Below are positions 10,465 to 20,134 of a stretch of 64,000 nt of DNA, one piece after another. The stretch is taken from IMG/VR virus record IMGVR_UViG_3300033463_000045, positions 48,266 to 112,265 of that record, one strand, 5' to 3'. The notes under the pieces were generated by a model, which ran no database searches, was not told the origin of the DNA, and saw nothing but the letters and a program-made list of their open reading frames with translations. Position 1 is the first letter of the stretch; every line of letters begins with the position of its first letter. Both the position numbers and the translations under genes were made by a program. This DNA comes from a virus (lineage: Duplodnaviria; Caudoviricetes).

Positions 10465-11088
10465 ATGGACTCTAATCAATTTAAAAATATCTATATTGGA
10501 ATAGACCCATCTTTAAGTGGTTTTGGAATTTCAATAATAGACACAAATAATAAACAAATTATATTAGATGAATTTAAAGCAGATAATCATCATAATTTTA
10601 TATTAATGTGTTGGTCTATTTCGAATTTATATAATAATATATTTGAAAAATATAAAAATTATATTGATAAAGAAACAAATATAGCACAAGAATTACCTAT
10701 TTCATCTGGAATTAATTCTGGCAAGTTAAATGCATTAGGCATGCATTTTTATAATGAATTAGGAAAATATAGTAAATATACAAATATATATTGTTATCAT
10801 CCAATTAAGTTAAAAGTATTTCATCATAAAAGAAAATATGATAAGAAAGATACAATAAGAGTTATTGAAGATATATTAGAGATATTTAAGAAGAATAATT
10901 ATAATATTGATATAAGATATTCAAGAACAAAAAAGAATTTAAATATTACTAATAATGAAGCAGATTCTTTTATGTATGCAATAAGATTATATATGAATAA
11001 GAATGATGACATAATAACTAAAGAGATATTAGATAAATACCCAAGATTTGAAAAGATAGTTTCTTTAAATGAGGAATTAGGAATGTAA
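10465..11088 (+). CDS. RuvC-like Holliday junction resolvase
   Basis: IGIDPSLSGFG, AQE, NNEADS catalytic pattern. Confidence 0.75.
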   Translation: MDSNQFKNIYIGIDPSLSGFGISIIDTNNKQIILDEFKADNHHNFILMCWSISNLYNNIFEKYKNYIDKETNIAQELPISSGINSGKLNALGMHFYNELGKYSKYTNIYCYHPIKLKVFHHKRKYDKKDTIRVIEDILEIFKKNNYNIDIRYSRTKKNLNITNNEADSFMYAIRLYMNKNDDIITKEILDKYPRFEKIVSLNEELGM

Positions 11089-11089
11089 T

Positions 11090-11617
11090 ATGCAAAATAA
11101 TACTCGAAAAAGTAAAATGACTCAACATGTAATTAAAAGAACTAGAGAAAGAGCAGACTTAAATGGTAAGTCAGCAAATACTTTAGTTAAAGAAACAATG
11201 CAATACGGGTTATCTCCAGGAGATTTTGTAGGAGATTTCTATTCATATTTGCATTATATAAAAGGTAAAAAATATAAATCAATTGGGATTAGAGTATTTG
11301 ATAATAATATATTAGTATATAATAAGAAAAGTAGAAAAGCAATAACACTTTATCAAGTTCCAGAAAAGTTCTTACCAATAGAGCAATATAGAATATCTAA
11401 AGCAAATGAAAAATTAAATGAATTGACAAAGACTATTAAAAAATTATTTAAAGATAAAGTAGATATAGAATTACAGATTTTAGTAGATAAACCAAAAGAC
11501 TTTGTTGCTGGATTAGTTATTAATAATGTATTTCAATGTTTTGGTAAAGGAAAAACAAGATTTGAGGCTGAAGAGAATGCAGTTCAATTATATTTAGACA
11601 AATTATATAAGAAATAA
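11090..11617 (+). CDS. Hypothetical protein with C-terminal dsRNA-binding-motif-like segment
   Basis: FGKGKTRFEAEENAV resembles the dsRBD GxGxSKKEAEQxAA motif. Confidence 0.45.
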   Translation: MQNNTRKSKMTQHVIKRTRERADLNGKSANTLVKETMQYGLSPGDFVGDFYSYLHYIKGKKYKSIGIRVFDNNILVYNKKSRKAITLYQVPEKFLPIEQYRISKANEKLNELTKTIKKLFKDKVDIELQILVDKPKDFVAGLVINNVFQCFGKGKTRFEAEENAVQLYLDKLYKK

Positions 11618-11690
11618 TGCATTCAGAGGCATTGAGATATAATAATATTAATAATTATATTATTTAATTTATATAAACTATAAGAAAAGA

Positions 11691-11719
11691 TGTACATTTG
11701 TGGTATTTTATGGTATAAT
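11691..11719 (+). promoter_or_regulatory. Early promoter TGTACA-N17-TATAAT
   Basis: Matches the 5292 copy. Confidence 0.7.
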
Positions 11720-11752
11720 ATAATTATATAAATTATATTAAAGGAGGAAATT

Positions 11753-11995
11753 ATGGAATTTGGTGGACATAAAATAATAGGAAATGATTATTATTCTATA
11801 AGAGGAAATATTATTGAATTAAATAATATAGACACAATAATACCAGAATATCATAATAATCATAGAAGTATATATCTTAAAGTTATTAAAAAGAATAAAG
11901 GCAAGACTATAATTAAAATGCAAAATAAACAAGAATATAATTATACAATTAAAGCAATTAATATACTTACAGATTTAAAATTAGAAGAAATATAA
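11753..11995 (+). CDS. Hypothetical early protein
   Basis: AGGAGG RBS after promoter. Confidence 0.6.
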   Translation: MEFGGHKIIGNDYYSIRGNIIELNNIDTIIPEYHNNHRSIYLKVIKKNKGKTIIKMQNKQEYNYTIKAINILTDLKLEEI

Positions 11996-12024
11996 TTTTA
12001 TTTAGTAGATTGGAGGCGACTTAA

Positions 12025-12360
12025 ATGAAATTTGATGAAAGTAGAATTATAACAGATGAAACTGGTTATAATTATGTAAGAGTAACCCCACAAGAAATAT
12101 TAAATTGGGGAGGTTATTGTATTTGCAATGGTTGCAATAAACAATTTTTAGATGAAGATATGAATCTCTTCTTTGGTTGCACAGATACTTATTGTGATAC
12201 TTGTTTTGATAGAATGAAACAAAGATGGAAAACATATTCTAAAGAGGATATAGAATATGATATAGCTATTCAAAAAGAAGAATCACTAAATTGGTATAAA
12301 TATCATTTAGATGATGAATATAGGGAAATGATAAATAATCAATTTAATAATGATTACTAA
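12025..12360 (+). CDS. Zinc-finger hypothetical protein
   Basis: CNGC...CDTC. Confidence 0.6.
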   Translation: MKFDESRIITDETGYNYVRVTPQEILNWGGYCICNGCNKQFLDEDMNLFFGCTDTYCDTCFDRMKQRWKTYSKEDIEYDIAIQKEESLNWYKYHLDDEYREMINNQFNNDY

Positions 12361-12366
12361 GAGGAG

Positions 12367-12642
12367 GTGAAATATATGGAACATGTAACTAGAAATAAAA
12401 ATGATATGATGAAAGATGTTGTCATTAATTATAGAGGTTGTGGTCATCATGAATATTATGGAATGTTAGTTTGGAGAGATGGTTTACAATATTGTAGAAG
12501 ATGCATTCATCAAATTTGGGTTAAAGAAAATCCAAATGGTTGGAAACCTGGTCCTGATGAAAAATATTTTCCATTATATGAAGATGGCATAAATTATTAT
12601 GAACAAGATTTAAAGAAAGGAGAAGATAGCGTATATGAATAA
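12367..12642 (+). CDS. Hypothetical protein with Cys motifs
   Basis: RGCG...CRRC; start may be ATG 12376. Confidence 0.55.
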   Translation: MKYMEHVTRNKNDMMKDVVINYRGCGHHEYYGMLVWRDGLQYCRRCIHQIWVKENPNGWKPGPDEKYFPLYEDGINYYEQDLKKGEDSVYE

Positions 12643-12937
12643 ACTAGAAAATCCACTATTAGCAGAAATTGATATTAGTGTAACTCATCAAGGTATTGGT
12701 GGTAAGACCATAGTAATAGAAAGAGAAGGTACTATTTCTTGGGTATTAGATGTACCATTTGATGAGATGACTATAGGATTATCAAACTTTATTAATAGAT
12801 ATAGTATAATGTCTATGCCAGAAGAAACTAAAGTATATTATGGTCATGTTGGAAATCTCGGATATTTTGTAGCTGAAAATGAATTACATAATTTAAGAGA
12901 ATCTACATTGTCTGAAGCATATGAATATTTACAATAA
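12635..12937 (+). CDS. Hypothetical protein
   Basis: Overlapping operon context with AAGGAG RBS. Confidence 0.6.
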   Translation: MNKLENPLLAEIDISVTHQGIGGKTIVIEREGTISWVLDVPFDEMTIGLSNFINRYSIMSMPEETKVYYGHVGNLGYFVAENELHNLRESTLSEAYEYLQ

Positions 12938-12976
12938 GATTAATTACATAATATATAATAGATTGGAGGAATTAAT

Positions 12977-13390
12977 ATGTATAAAGAGATAAAATCTAAT
13001 TTAAAAGAAACACTAAATTTAGATGAATGTGAAATACTTAATGAAATGGCAACCATTGGACAAGATAATAATGGTTATGTTTATATGATATATAAAAAAG
13101 AAGGAGTAATACCTCATTTTCATATATTAAAAGATAATAAAACAATTCAATGTATTAGAATAGATAAACCATATTACTTTAGTCATAATGGTAAATACAG
13201 TTATAAATTAAATAGTAAAGAAAGAAAAGAATTAGTATCATTTTTAAATAGATTACATTTCTCTAAGAGACCAAATAATACTATGACTAACTGGGAATTT
13301 TTATTAAGTCAGTGGAATATTGAAAATAATACAGATATAAATGAAGATTTAGTTATACCTGATTATACTAAATTAAAAATGGATAAATAG
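12977..13390 (+). CDS. DUF4160-like protein with a degenerate leader (YKEIKSNLKE)
   Basis: PHFHI motif; LKE and LNE putative cleavage sites. Confidence 0.5.
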   Translation: MYKEIKSNLKETLNLDECEILNEMATIGQDNNGYVYMIYKKEGVIPHFHILKDNKTIQCIRIDKPYYFSHNGKYSYKLNSKERKELVSFLNRLHFSKRPNNTMTNWEFLLSQWNIENNTDINEDLVIPDYTKLKMDK

Positions 13391-13405
13391 AAAGAAGGAA
13401 ATAAA

Positions 13406-13891
13406 ATGAGTAGAGAAATAAAAGATATATTTAAAGACCAAGAATTAATAGACTTATGTAATAATAATATTGAATTAACTTCTAAATTAAATGAGGTTAA
13501 TTTAGAAATAGTAAATAAATTTAAAGAAGTTACTAAATCTGATGAAATTGATAATGAAGAAAAAATATTTTTAGCAGAAAGCTTTGTTAATAAAGGTGAG
13601 TATGAGGTTTTCTTAAATGATAGATTTGAAGATGAACTTTATAATGAAATAGTTCAATTTAATAAATTAAAAGAATCAATTGATGAAAAGAAAGCATTAA
13701 TTAAGAATTTCTTAGAAGAAAACGGTATGGGAACTTTTGAAACAAGTACATTAAAAATTAAATATACATCAGCAACTACTGCTACAACAATAGACACAAC
13801 AAGATTAAAGAAAGAACTTCCAGATATTGCTGCAAAATATTCTAAAGTATCAGCAAGGTCTTCTTCATTATCAATTGAACCAATAGAATAA
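13406..13891 (+). CDS. Phage coiled-coil protein, possibly recombination-associated
   Basis: IDTTRLKKELPDIAAKYSK motif common in phage proteins. Confidence 0.45.
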   Translation: MSREIKDIFKDQELIDLCNNNIELTSKLNEVNLEIVNKFKEVTKSDEIDNEEKIFLAESFVNKGEYEVFLNDRFEDELYNEIVQFNKLKESIDEKKALIKNFLEENGMGTFETSTLKIKYTSATTATTIDTTRLKKELPDIAAKYSKVSARSSSLSIEPIE

Positions 13892-13905
13892 AAGGGCGAT
13901 AAATT

Positions 13906-14130
13906 ATGAATTTATATAGTAATATTAAAAATAATATTAATAGTGCAGATTCTAAGTATATGAAAGAATGGACAGAAATATGTGAAGCATTTTGTAAGAA
14001 GATAAATGCTGAACTATTATTTGTTAATCTTGATAACTTTGGTTATATGACTAAAGATGGTCAAACTATTCATATGTATGCTGATGAGCTTGCAGAATAT
14101 CTAAATAATAAAAATAAGAATAATCAGTAA
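13906..14130 (+). CDS. MNLY-leader family protein (putative internal head protein)
   Basis: MNLYSNIKNNIN; body is homologous to the C-terminus of 15502..16371. Confidence 0.65.
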   Translation: MNLYSNIKNNINSADSKYMKEWTEICEAFCKKINAELLFVNLDNFGYMTKDGQTIHMYADELAEYLNNKNKNNQ

Positions 14131-14172
14131 ACAATTTACTGATTATTTTCTTTATATAAGAGGAGATTATTT

Positions 14173-14418
14173 ATGAACTTATATGAAAGTATTGAAAAAA
14201 ATTTAAAAGAATCAGAAAAATCTTTGGAAGACAAATGTAAAGAAATATTTAATAAATATAGAGATGAATTTGATACTATAAATGATGTAAGAGATATTGC
14301 AGATTATTTAAATAAATTATATTCAGAAGAAGGAATACAAGCTGTAAATGATTGGTTCCTATCGAGTGCAACTGAAGAATACAAAAAAGATTTAAAATCT
14401 TTAATAAATAAAAAGTAG
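14173..14418 (+). CDS. MNLY-leader family protein
   Basis: MNLYESIEKNLKESE. Confidence 0.65.
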   Translation: MNLYESIEKNLKESEKSLEDKCKEIFNKYRDEFDTINDVRDIADYLNKLYSEEGIQAVNDWFLSSATEEYKKDLKSLINKK

Positions 14419-14432
14419 AAAGGAAAATAGAT

Positions 14433-14702
14433 ATGAACTTATATGAAAGTATTGAAAAAAATTTAAAAGAATCAGAACATTCTGATGATTATTGTACAAT
14501 AGCTGCTACAGAATTTGTTGTTGATAGATTACCAAGTGATTGGAAAAATTTATCTAATGACGAATTAAAAGAATTAGTAAGAGAAGAAGTAAATAATTAT
14601 AATAATGCTAATGTCGAACCTGAATATGAAAATGAAGATTTTTATGGTGATGAAGCAGATTATAATAAAGTATTTGATTATATAATATATAGTTATAAAT
14701 AG
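14433..14702 (+). CDS. MNLY-leader family protein, acidic
   Basis: MNLYESIEKNLKESE; first 45 nt identical to the previous gene. Confidence 0.65.
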   Translation: MNLYESIEKNLKESEHSDDYCTIAATEFVVDRLPSDWKNLSNDELKELVREEVNNYNNANVEPEYENEDFYGDEADYNKVFDYIIYSYK

Positions 14703-14716
14703 AAAGGAAGATTAAA

Positions 14717-15487
14717 ATGAATTTATATGAAAGTATTAAAAATAATTTAGATAAAGATTCAGATACAGAATTAGAAATTTTAGATACTCAAATAGATTTT
14801 CCTGCCGTGTTTGATTCATTTGATACAAGCGGCATTATTGATATAATAAAAGACACTGATTCAAAAGATTTAAGTGCGTGTATTGCAGGAGGAACAAGAA
14901 GTTCTCGCGAACAAAATGCATATAATTTATATATAGATAAATGCATTTTATGTGGCAAAGTAGGTTATAATAATTTTATCCCAGTGCATAAAAATAAATA
15001 TAAAGATTATAGTTATTGGTCGTATGAAGACAATTATGGATGGCCTTTTTCTAATGTTCATTTTCCATCTGAAAAAGTAGCCAAAATAATAGTTAAAATA
15101 CCTCATAAACAACGCAAAAAAATTTATATAAGAGCAAGAATATGTTTTTGCAAAGATTGTTATGAGAAAAATGTCGTACCATTTGTGCTTAAAAAAGCAG
15201 ATGAAATTAAAAAAATTGTCGCTTATTATAGAGATAATAATAAATATCCAAGTAAAGGCGAGGTTATAATTTTTGGTAAGGATATATTAGATATAATTAA
15301 TGACGGGATAATTAATGCTAGTCATTATAATAAACATGAAAAAAATAAAATAATCGATAGATTATATCAAATTGTTGATTTAGAAACACCTTATAATGAT
15401 GTTGATAAGATTTATGAAAGATTTCTCAAATATTTTATTTCATCGGGTAACGCTGATGACTCAATTAAATTTAATCCAAAGAAATAG
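14717..15487 (+). CDS. MNLY-leader family protein with Cys pairs
   Basis: MNLYESIKNNLD; CILC and CKDC. Confidence 0.65.
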   Translation: MNLYESIKNNLDKDSDTELEILDTQIDFPAVFDSFDTSGIIDIIKDTDSKDLSACIAGGTRSSREQNAYNLYIDKCILCGKVGYNNFIPVHKNKYKDYSYWSYEDNYGWPFSNVHFPSEKVAKIIVKIPHKQRKKIYIRARICFCKDCYEKNVVPFVLKKADEIKKIVAYYRDNNKYPSKGEVIIFGKDILDIINDGIINASHYNKHEKNKIIDRLYQIVDLETPYNDVDKIYERFLKYFISSGNADDSIKFNPKK

Positions 15488-15544
15488 AAAGGAAGATTAA
15501 AATGAATTTATATAGTAATATTAAAAATAATTTAAATGAATCTG
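15485..15544 (+). repeat. Stop-RBS-leader junction repeat, 59/60 identical to 52654-52713
   Basis: TAGAAAGGAAGATTAAAATGAATTTATATAGTAATATTAAAAATAATTTAAATGAATCTG. Confidence 0.9.
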
Positions 15545-16371
15545 CAAAATTCTATTATAAAGAATTTAGTGGCGCTGGTGAAATTGATTATGTTGAATTT
15601 GAGACAGAACAAGAAGCAAATGATTATGCTAAAAAAGTTAATGAAGAATCTGGTAATGAAACAGCAGTATATAGAATAGATAATGATGAATGCATTGCTT
15701 TATATGACGCATTAAATGAATCTGAAAAGTTAAAAGAAGATGATAAGAGTTATTCCAAAGGAGTTAATGTATTAGATAAATTATATAGTAATCCTGAGTA
15801 TGAAGCTTTATGGGATAAGAAATTTAATGAATTAGTCCCAAAATCAGGAAAAGCTAAGACAACTATTGGAGAGATTATGCGAGGATTTTCTTCATTAAGT
15901 CATGCATATTATCAAAATGGTGATACTGTTAATTCATTATATCGTCAACATTTTAATAGCGGTTATTTACAAGATGCACATGATTTATATAAAGCAGTAA
16001 AAGAACTTGGAGATAGAACTCTTATTGATTTAACAGATAAAATGTTTAATACAAGAAGAGAAAGCGCTTATTGTAAATATATGGCAGCTTTTTATGAGTA
16101 TTTTATAAATAATTATCTTTCAAAAGAAAATATAAATGAATCTGAAGATAAAGTATTAGATTCTATTAATCAACTTTCTTATAATAAAAATAAGAAATTA
16201 GATAAATATATGGCTGAATGGGAATCTATTTGTCAAGCTTTTTGTAAAAAGATAGGAGCTAAATTATTATTTGTTAATATAAATAATTTTGGTTATGAAG
16301 ATAAAGATGGAAATTTAGTTCATATGTATGCAGATGAATTAGAACAATATTTAAAAAATAATAAAATTTAA
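15502..16371 (+). CDS. MNLY-leader family multidomain protein
   Basis: MNLYSNIKNNLNES; internal LNESE, LKED, INESE. Confidence 0.65.
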   Translation: MNLYSNIKNNLNESAKFYYKEFSGAGEIDYVEFETEQEANDYAKKVNEESGNETAVYRIDNDECIALYDALNESEKLKEDDKSYSKGVNVLDKLYSNPEYEALWDKKFNELVPKSGKAKTTIGEIMRGFSSLSHAYYQNGDTVNSLYRQHFNSGYLQDAHDLYKAVKELGDRTLIDLTDKMFNTRRESAYCKYMAAFYEYFINNYLSKENINESEDKVLDSINQLSYNKNKKLDKYMAEWESICQAFCKKIGAKLLFVNINNFGYEDKDGNLVHMYADELEQYLKNNKI

Positions 16372-16387
16372 GAAAGGAGAAATAAAA

Positions 16388-19300
16388 ATGAACTTATATG
16401 AAAATATTAAAAATAATTTAAATGAAGATGAGAATGTTCAATCAGGTATGACGTTATATGATTATATTAAAAATGTCTGTAATGGAGAAATAGACATGGA
16501 CGTTTGTGATAATGATATAGATATGATGGTAGCATTTTGTCATAATATAAATGAACATAGTTCAGAATACCCACAAATGGAAAGATTTTTAAATTTATTA
16601 GCAAAAAGAACTAAAATTATTAAACAAAATAATGGAGGATATGCTCCAATATTAATTTGTGATTTTAGTTCAGCATTAAAACCATATAATGAAGAGTGGA
16701 AGAAATTCTTTGATATGGATTATTCAGACTTTGATGAAGATGAAGCATATTATGAAGCAGTAGTTAATCTTGAACCATTAATAAGCGGTAATGCAGGAGA
16801 AGATACTTATAAAGAATTTTGTGATATTATGGAAGGTAAAAAATTAGAAGAATCTGAAGAAGAAAATGAAGAACAAATTTGTGTTATATGTAATAAACCA
16901 TTTACTGGTTGGGGTAATGACGCTTGGCCAGTAGCAGAAGGTTATTGTTGTGATGAATGCAATTTTTCTAAAGTAATTCCTGCAAGATTAGCTCAATTAA
17001 GAGAATATCGTAATGATACTAAAATAAAAGAATCTGAATCTTTTAAATTAAATAAAGATGCAGAAGATTTTGAAGATTTAGTAAAAAGAGATTTTCAAAA
17101 TTATATAGAAGATACTTATAATATACAAAATGTTCAAGAATTAGCAGATAGATTAGAACACGTAACAGAAGAAGATATAAATGATTATTTTACAACTTTA
17201 TTCTATGAAATATTTGACAATGAAGATATGGAAACAGCTAATTTAGCAGAAGAAATTATAAGAAAAGAATATGGACTTCAAGATAATATAGATGAATCTG
17301 AAAAACAAGAAAAATTAAATGAGGCAAAAAATTATGATGATTATTGGAATTTATCGGAAGATATTCCGATTATTCCTAATTTTGACCTTGATAATTTTCC
17401 AAAAGATAAATTGTGGCAATTAAGAAAAGAAATAACTTTAGGAAGCCCATATTTATCTAAATATGATAATTCATTAGGTCTAAATCCAGCTGCTTTAAGA
17501 AATTTCTTTAATTCATTTGTTGAAAATGGAAAGAATAATAATAAAACATTAAAAGATATAGATAATCAAGATGATTTATATAATTTTTATATAAATTGTG
17601 AAGACCCTTTTAATTTAAAAGACGAATTAGATGAATCTGAAGAAGCAAATTTAACATTATCACAGATTAAAGATAATTTAGAAGCAATTAAAAATAATGA
17701 AGAAAGAAATTATGAAATATATGGAAGTGCATTAGAATTTCCAAGTATATTAGAAAAAATTGATAATGTAGATGACAGAAGAAAAGCATTAATGATGTTA
17801 TATATGAATAATCCAAAGTTAGAAGAATTAAAAACTTGGACTGCAAAACAAATTAAAGATTATATATTAGATACTGAGGAAGTATTTAATATAAATATTG
17901 ATAGTAATTTTGATGAAGAACCAACTAATTATAGAAAAGCATACGCAAAATGTTTTGAATTAATTGGAACAAATTTAAATGAATCTGCTAAAGGACAATG
18001 GACAAGTGGTTTTAAAAAATTAGATGGTTATACTGAAGAAGAAGCTTATAAATTATTAGTTAAAGCGGCTAATATAAAGCTTAATACTTTTGCAAAGAAT
18101 AATCATGATAATGAAGAACTTCAAAGAGAATTTGAAGAGAAATATAATGAACCATTTGGAATACAAATTGGTGGAGATACCGTAGGTAATTATGGTTATA
18201 ATCCAAAATATTTAGAATTTTTAAATTCTAAAGGAAATTTAGATGAAGCAGAAGATAATCAATTATATGTATTTTCAAATGCAGAATCTGAAGATATGAC
18301 AGATGCTATTAGTATGATTAATTCTATATATAAAAATGAAGCTCCTAAATTACAATTTAAAATGCATTCAGAAGGACCTATGTGGTTTGTTGATTTTATA
18401 GGTAGTTATCAAGACATTTGTGATTATTTAATTAAGTTAGGTTGGTATAATGAAAAAGAAATAAATGATTTAACTAATAATAAATTAATTAGACCGTTAC
18501 CTATAAAAGAATCAGAAGAAAAAGTAAATCCTAATAATTTAACTAAAGAACAATTATGGAAATTAAGACAAGAAATAAGATTAAATAGTATATATACAAA
18601 TGATTATGAAAATTCATTTGATTTAGACCCTGTAGCAGTTCAAGATTTCTTTGATACATTTATTGAAGATATGGAACAAGATGATGATGGAAATCCTAAT
18701 AATAGAAAAATAGAAGATTATGATAATGCTGATGATTTATATAATTTCTATACAGGTTGTGAAAATCCTTTTGGTGAAATAGAAGAAATTAAAGAATCAG
18801 AAGATTATTATGATGACGATGATGATTATTGGGAAGACCATAATGATGACCCAATAGAATGCACTATTGAATATGATGAAGATGGAAAACCATATTTTAT
18901 GTATAATAATGAGAAAGAATATATAGATGAATATATGAAAGATGGAGCAGGTGGAGCTACTAAACCATTAACAGCATTTTCAGCTATTAGAATAGTTCAT
19001 TCAGATAATGGAGAAACTGTTAGTGTTCAATATCTTCATGATTCAGAAAAGATTAAAGAAGCAGAAGAATCAGATGAAGATAAAAAGTTATCTTTTAAAG
19101 AAAGAGTTCTTAAAGCATATGATAATTGTAATTATTCAGTAAGGTCAGATATGCCAACAATTAAAGATATAATAGATTATTTAGACCTAAGTAATGATTC
19201 AGAAACAAGAGATAAAGTATCTCAAATTATTTATAAAGCAGGAAAAGATTGGCAAGTAGAAAGCTGTAATGAAGCAGAAGACAAAGAAGAATCTAAAGAA

Positions 19301-20041
19301 GAAGTAAAACATAAAGATGATATTAAAGTATATATGAATACATGGAAAAATTATAATGAATATGGTGCAGATTTAGATGCTTATGGAATTAAAGATGGTT
19401 GGATGAATCCTGATGATGCATTAGAATTTTGTAAAAAATATGCAGAAGATGAACCGTTTATAAATGATATAGATAATAATAGCGGAATTGATATTGAAGT
19501 ATCTGAATATGATAATGCTCCTTCAGTATTAGAAGGTTTAGCAAAATTAAATGATGTATTATATTTTGGAGCAGGAAATGCTGAAAAAGGAGATATTCCA
19601 TTAGTATATGAAGCTTGGGCTGATAAAGAGTCAGCAACTACTCCATCATTAGAAAATATAGAAAATTTTATAGATTTCTTAGAAAATGGAGAATATTATG
19701 TTCATAATGATGTTACATCAACAGAAGATATTGGAAAATGGTATGTTGAAAATGTAGGTTATGAAGGAGTATCAAATATAGAAAATTATATTGACTCAGA
19801 CCAAGTTAAAGAAGATTGGCAAGAAGATATAGACCAAAATTATTTAGATGATGATGGAAATCCAACAGAAGACTGGTACGAAGTTGATGATTCACTTGTT
19901 GACGAAGATATAGAATCAGCAAAACAAAGTAATGATACTAATTTCTTTGATAAATATTTTGATTATGCATCTCTTGGAGACGATATTTATGGAGATGGAA
20001 ATTGGTACGTAACAGATAATGGTTCAGTTGAAATATATTAA
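16388..20041 (+). CDS. MNLY-leader family polyprotein (1217 aa) with C-terminal ArdA-like antirestriction domain
   Basis: Leader; about 11 [LI]-x-E-[SA] linkers; IKVYMNTWKNYNE...GW...EPFIND and KYFDYASLGDDI..GNWYVTDNG resemble ArdA. Confidence 0.65.
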   Translation: MNLYENIKNNLNEDENVQSGMTLYDYIKNVCNGEIDMDVCDNDIDMMVAFCHNINEHSSEYPQMERFLNLLAKRTKIIKQNNGGYAPILICDFSSALKPYNEEWKKFFDMDYSDFDEDEAYYEAVVNLEPLISGNAGEDTYKEFCDIMEGKKLEESEEENEEQICVICNKPFTGWGNDAWPVAEGYCCDECNFSKVIPARLAQLREYRNDTKIKESESFKLNKDAEDFEDLVKRDFQNYIEDTYNIQNVQELADRLEHVTEEDINDYFTTLFYEIFDNEDMETANLAEEIIRKEYGLQDNIDESEKQEKLNEAKNYDDYWNLSEDIPIIPNFDLDNFPKDKLWQLRKEITLGSPYLSKYDNSLGLNPAALRNFFNSFVENGKNNNKTLKDIDNQDDLYNFYINCEDPFNLKDELDESEEANLTLSQIKDNLEAIKNNEERNYEIYGSALEFPSILEKIDNVDDRRKALMMLYMNNPKLEELKTWTAKQIKDYILDTEEVFNINIDSNFDEEPTNYRKAYAKCFELIGTNLNESAKGQWTSGFKKLDGYTEEEAYKLLVKAANIKLNTFAKNNHDNEELQREFEEKYNEPFGIQIGGDTVGNYGYNPKYLEFLNSKGNLDEAEDNQLYVFSNAESEDMTDAISMINSIYKNEAPKLQFKMHSEGPMWFVDFIGSYQDICDYLIKLGWYNEKEINDLTNNKLIRPLPIKESEEKVNPNNLTKEQLWKLRQEIRLNSIYTNDYENSFDLDPVAVQDFFDTFIEDMEQDDDGNPNNRKIEDYDNADDLYNFYTGCENPFGEIEEIKESEDYYDDDDDYWEDHNDDPIECTIEYDEDGKPYFMYNNEKEYIDEYMKDGAGGATKPLTAFSAIRIVHSDNGETVSVQYLHDSEKIKEAEESDEDKKLSFKERVLKAYDNCNYSVRSDMPTIKDIIDYLDLSNDSETRDKVSQIIYKAGKDWQVESCNEAEDKEESKEEVKHKDDIKVYMNTWKNYNEYGADLDAYGIKDGWMNPDDALEFCKKYAEDEPFINDIDNNSGIDIEVSEYDNAPSVLEGLAKLNDVLYFGAGNAEKGDIPLVYEAWADKESATTPSLENIENFIDFLENGEYYVHNDVTSTEDIGKWYVENVGYEGVSNIENYIDSDQVKEDWQEDIDQNYLDDDGNPTEDWYEVDDSLVDEDIESAKQSNDTNFFDKYFDYASLGDDIYGDGNWYVTDNGSVEIY

Positions 20042-20134
20042 TAAATACACAAATAAAATTAATATTAATAATAAATAAAGAAGGTTATTTAAACCTTCTT
20101 TTTTCATAATATATAATAGAAAGGGTAGATTATT

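Noticed and set aside
13906-16430. CRISPR array or integron-like att sites in the repeated junctions
   Set aside because: The repeats are RBS plus coding leaders separated by full ORFs; no cas or integrase gene is seen.
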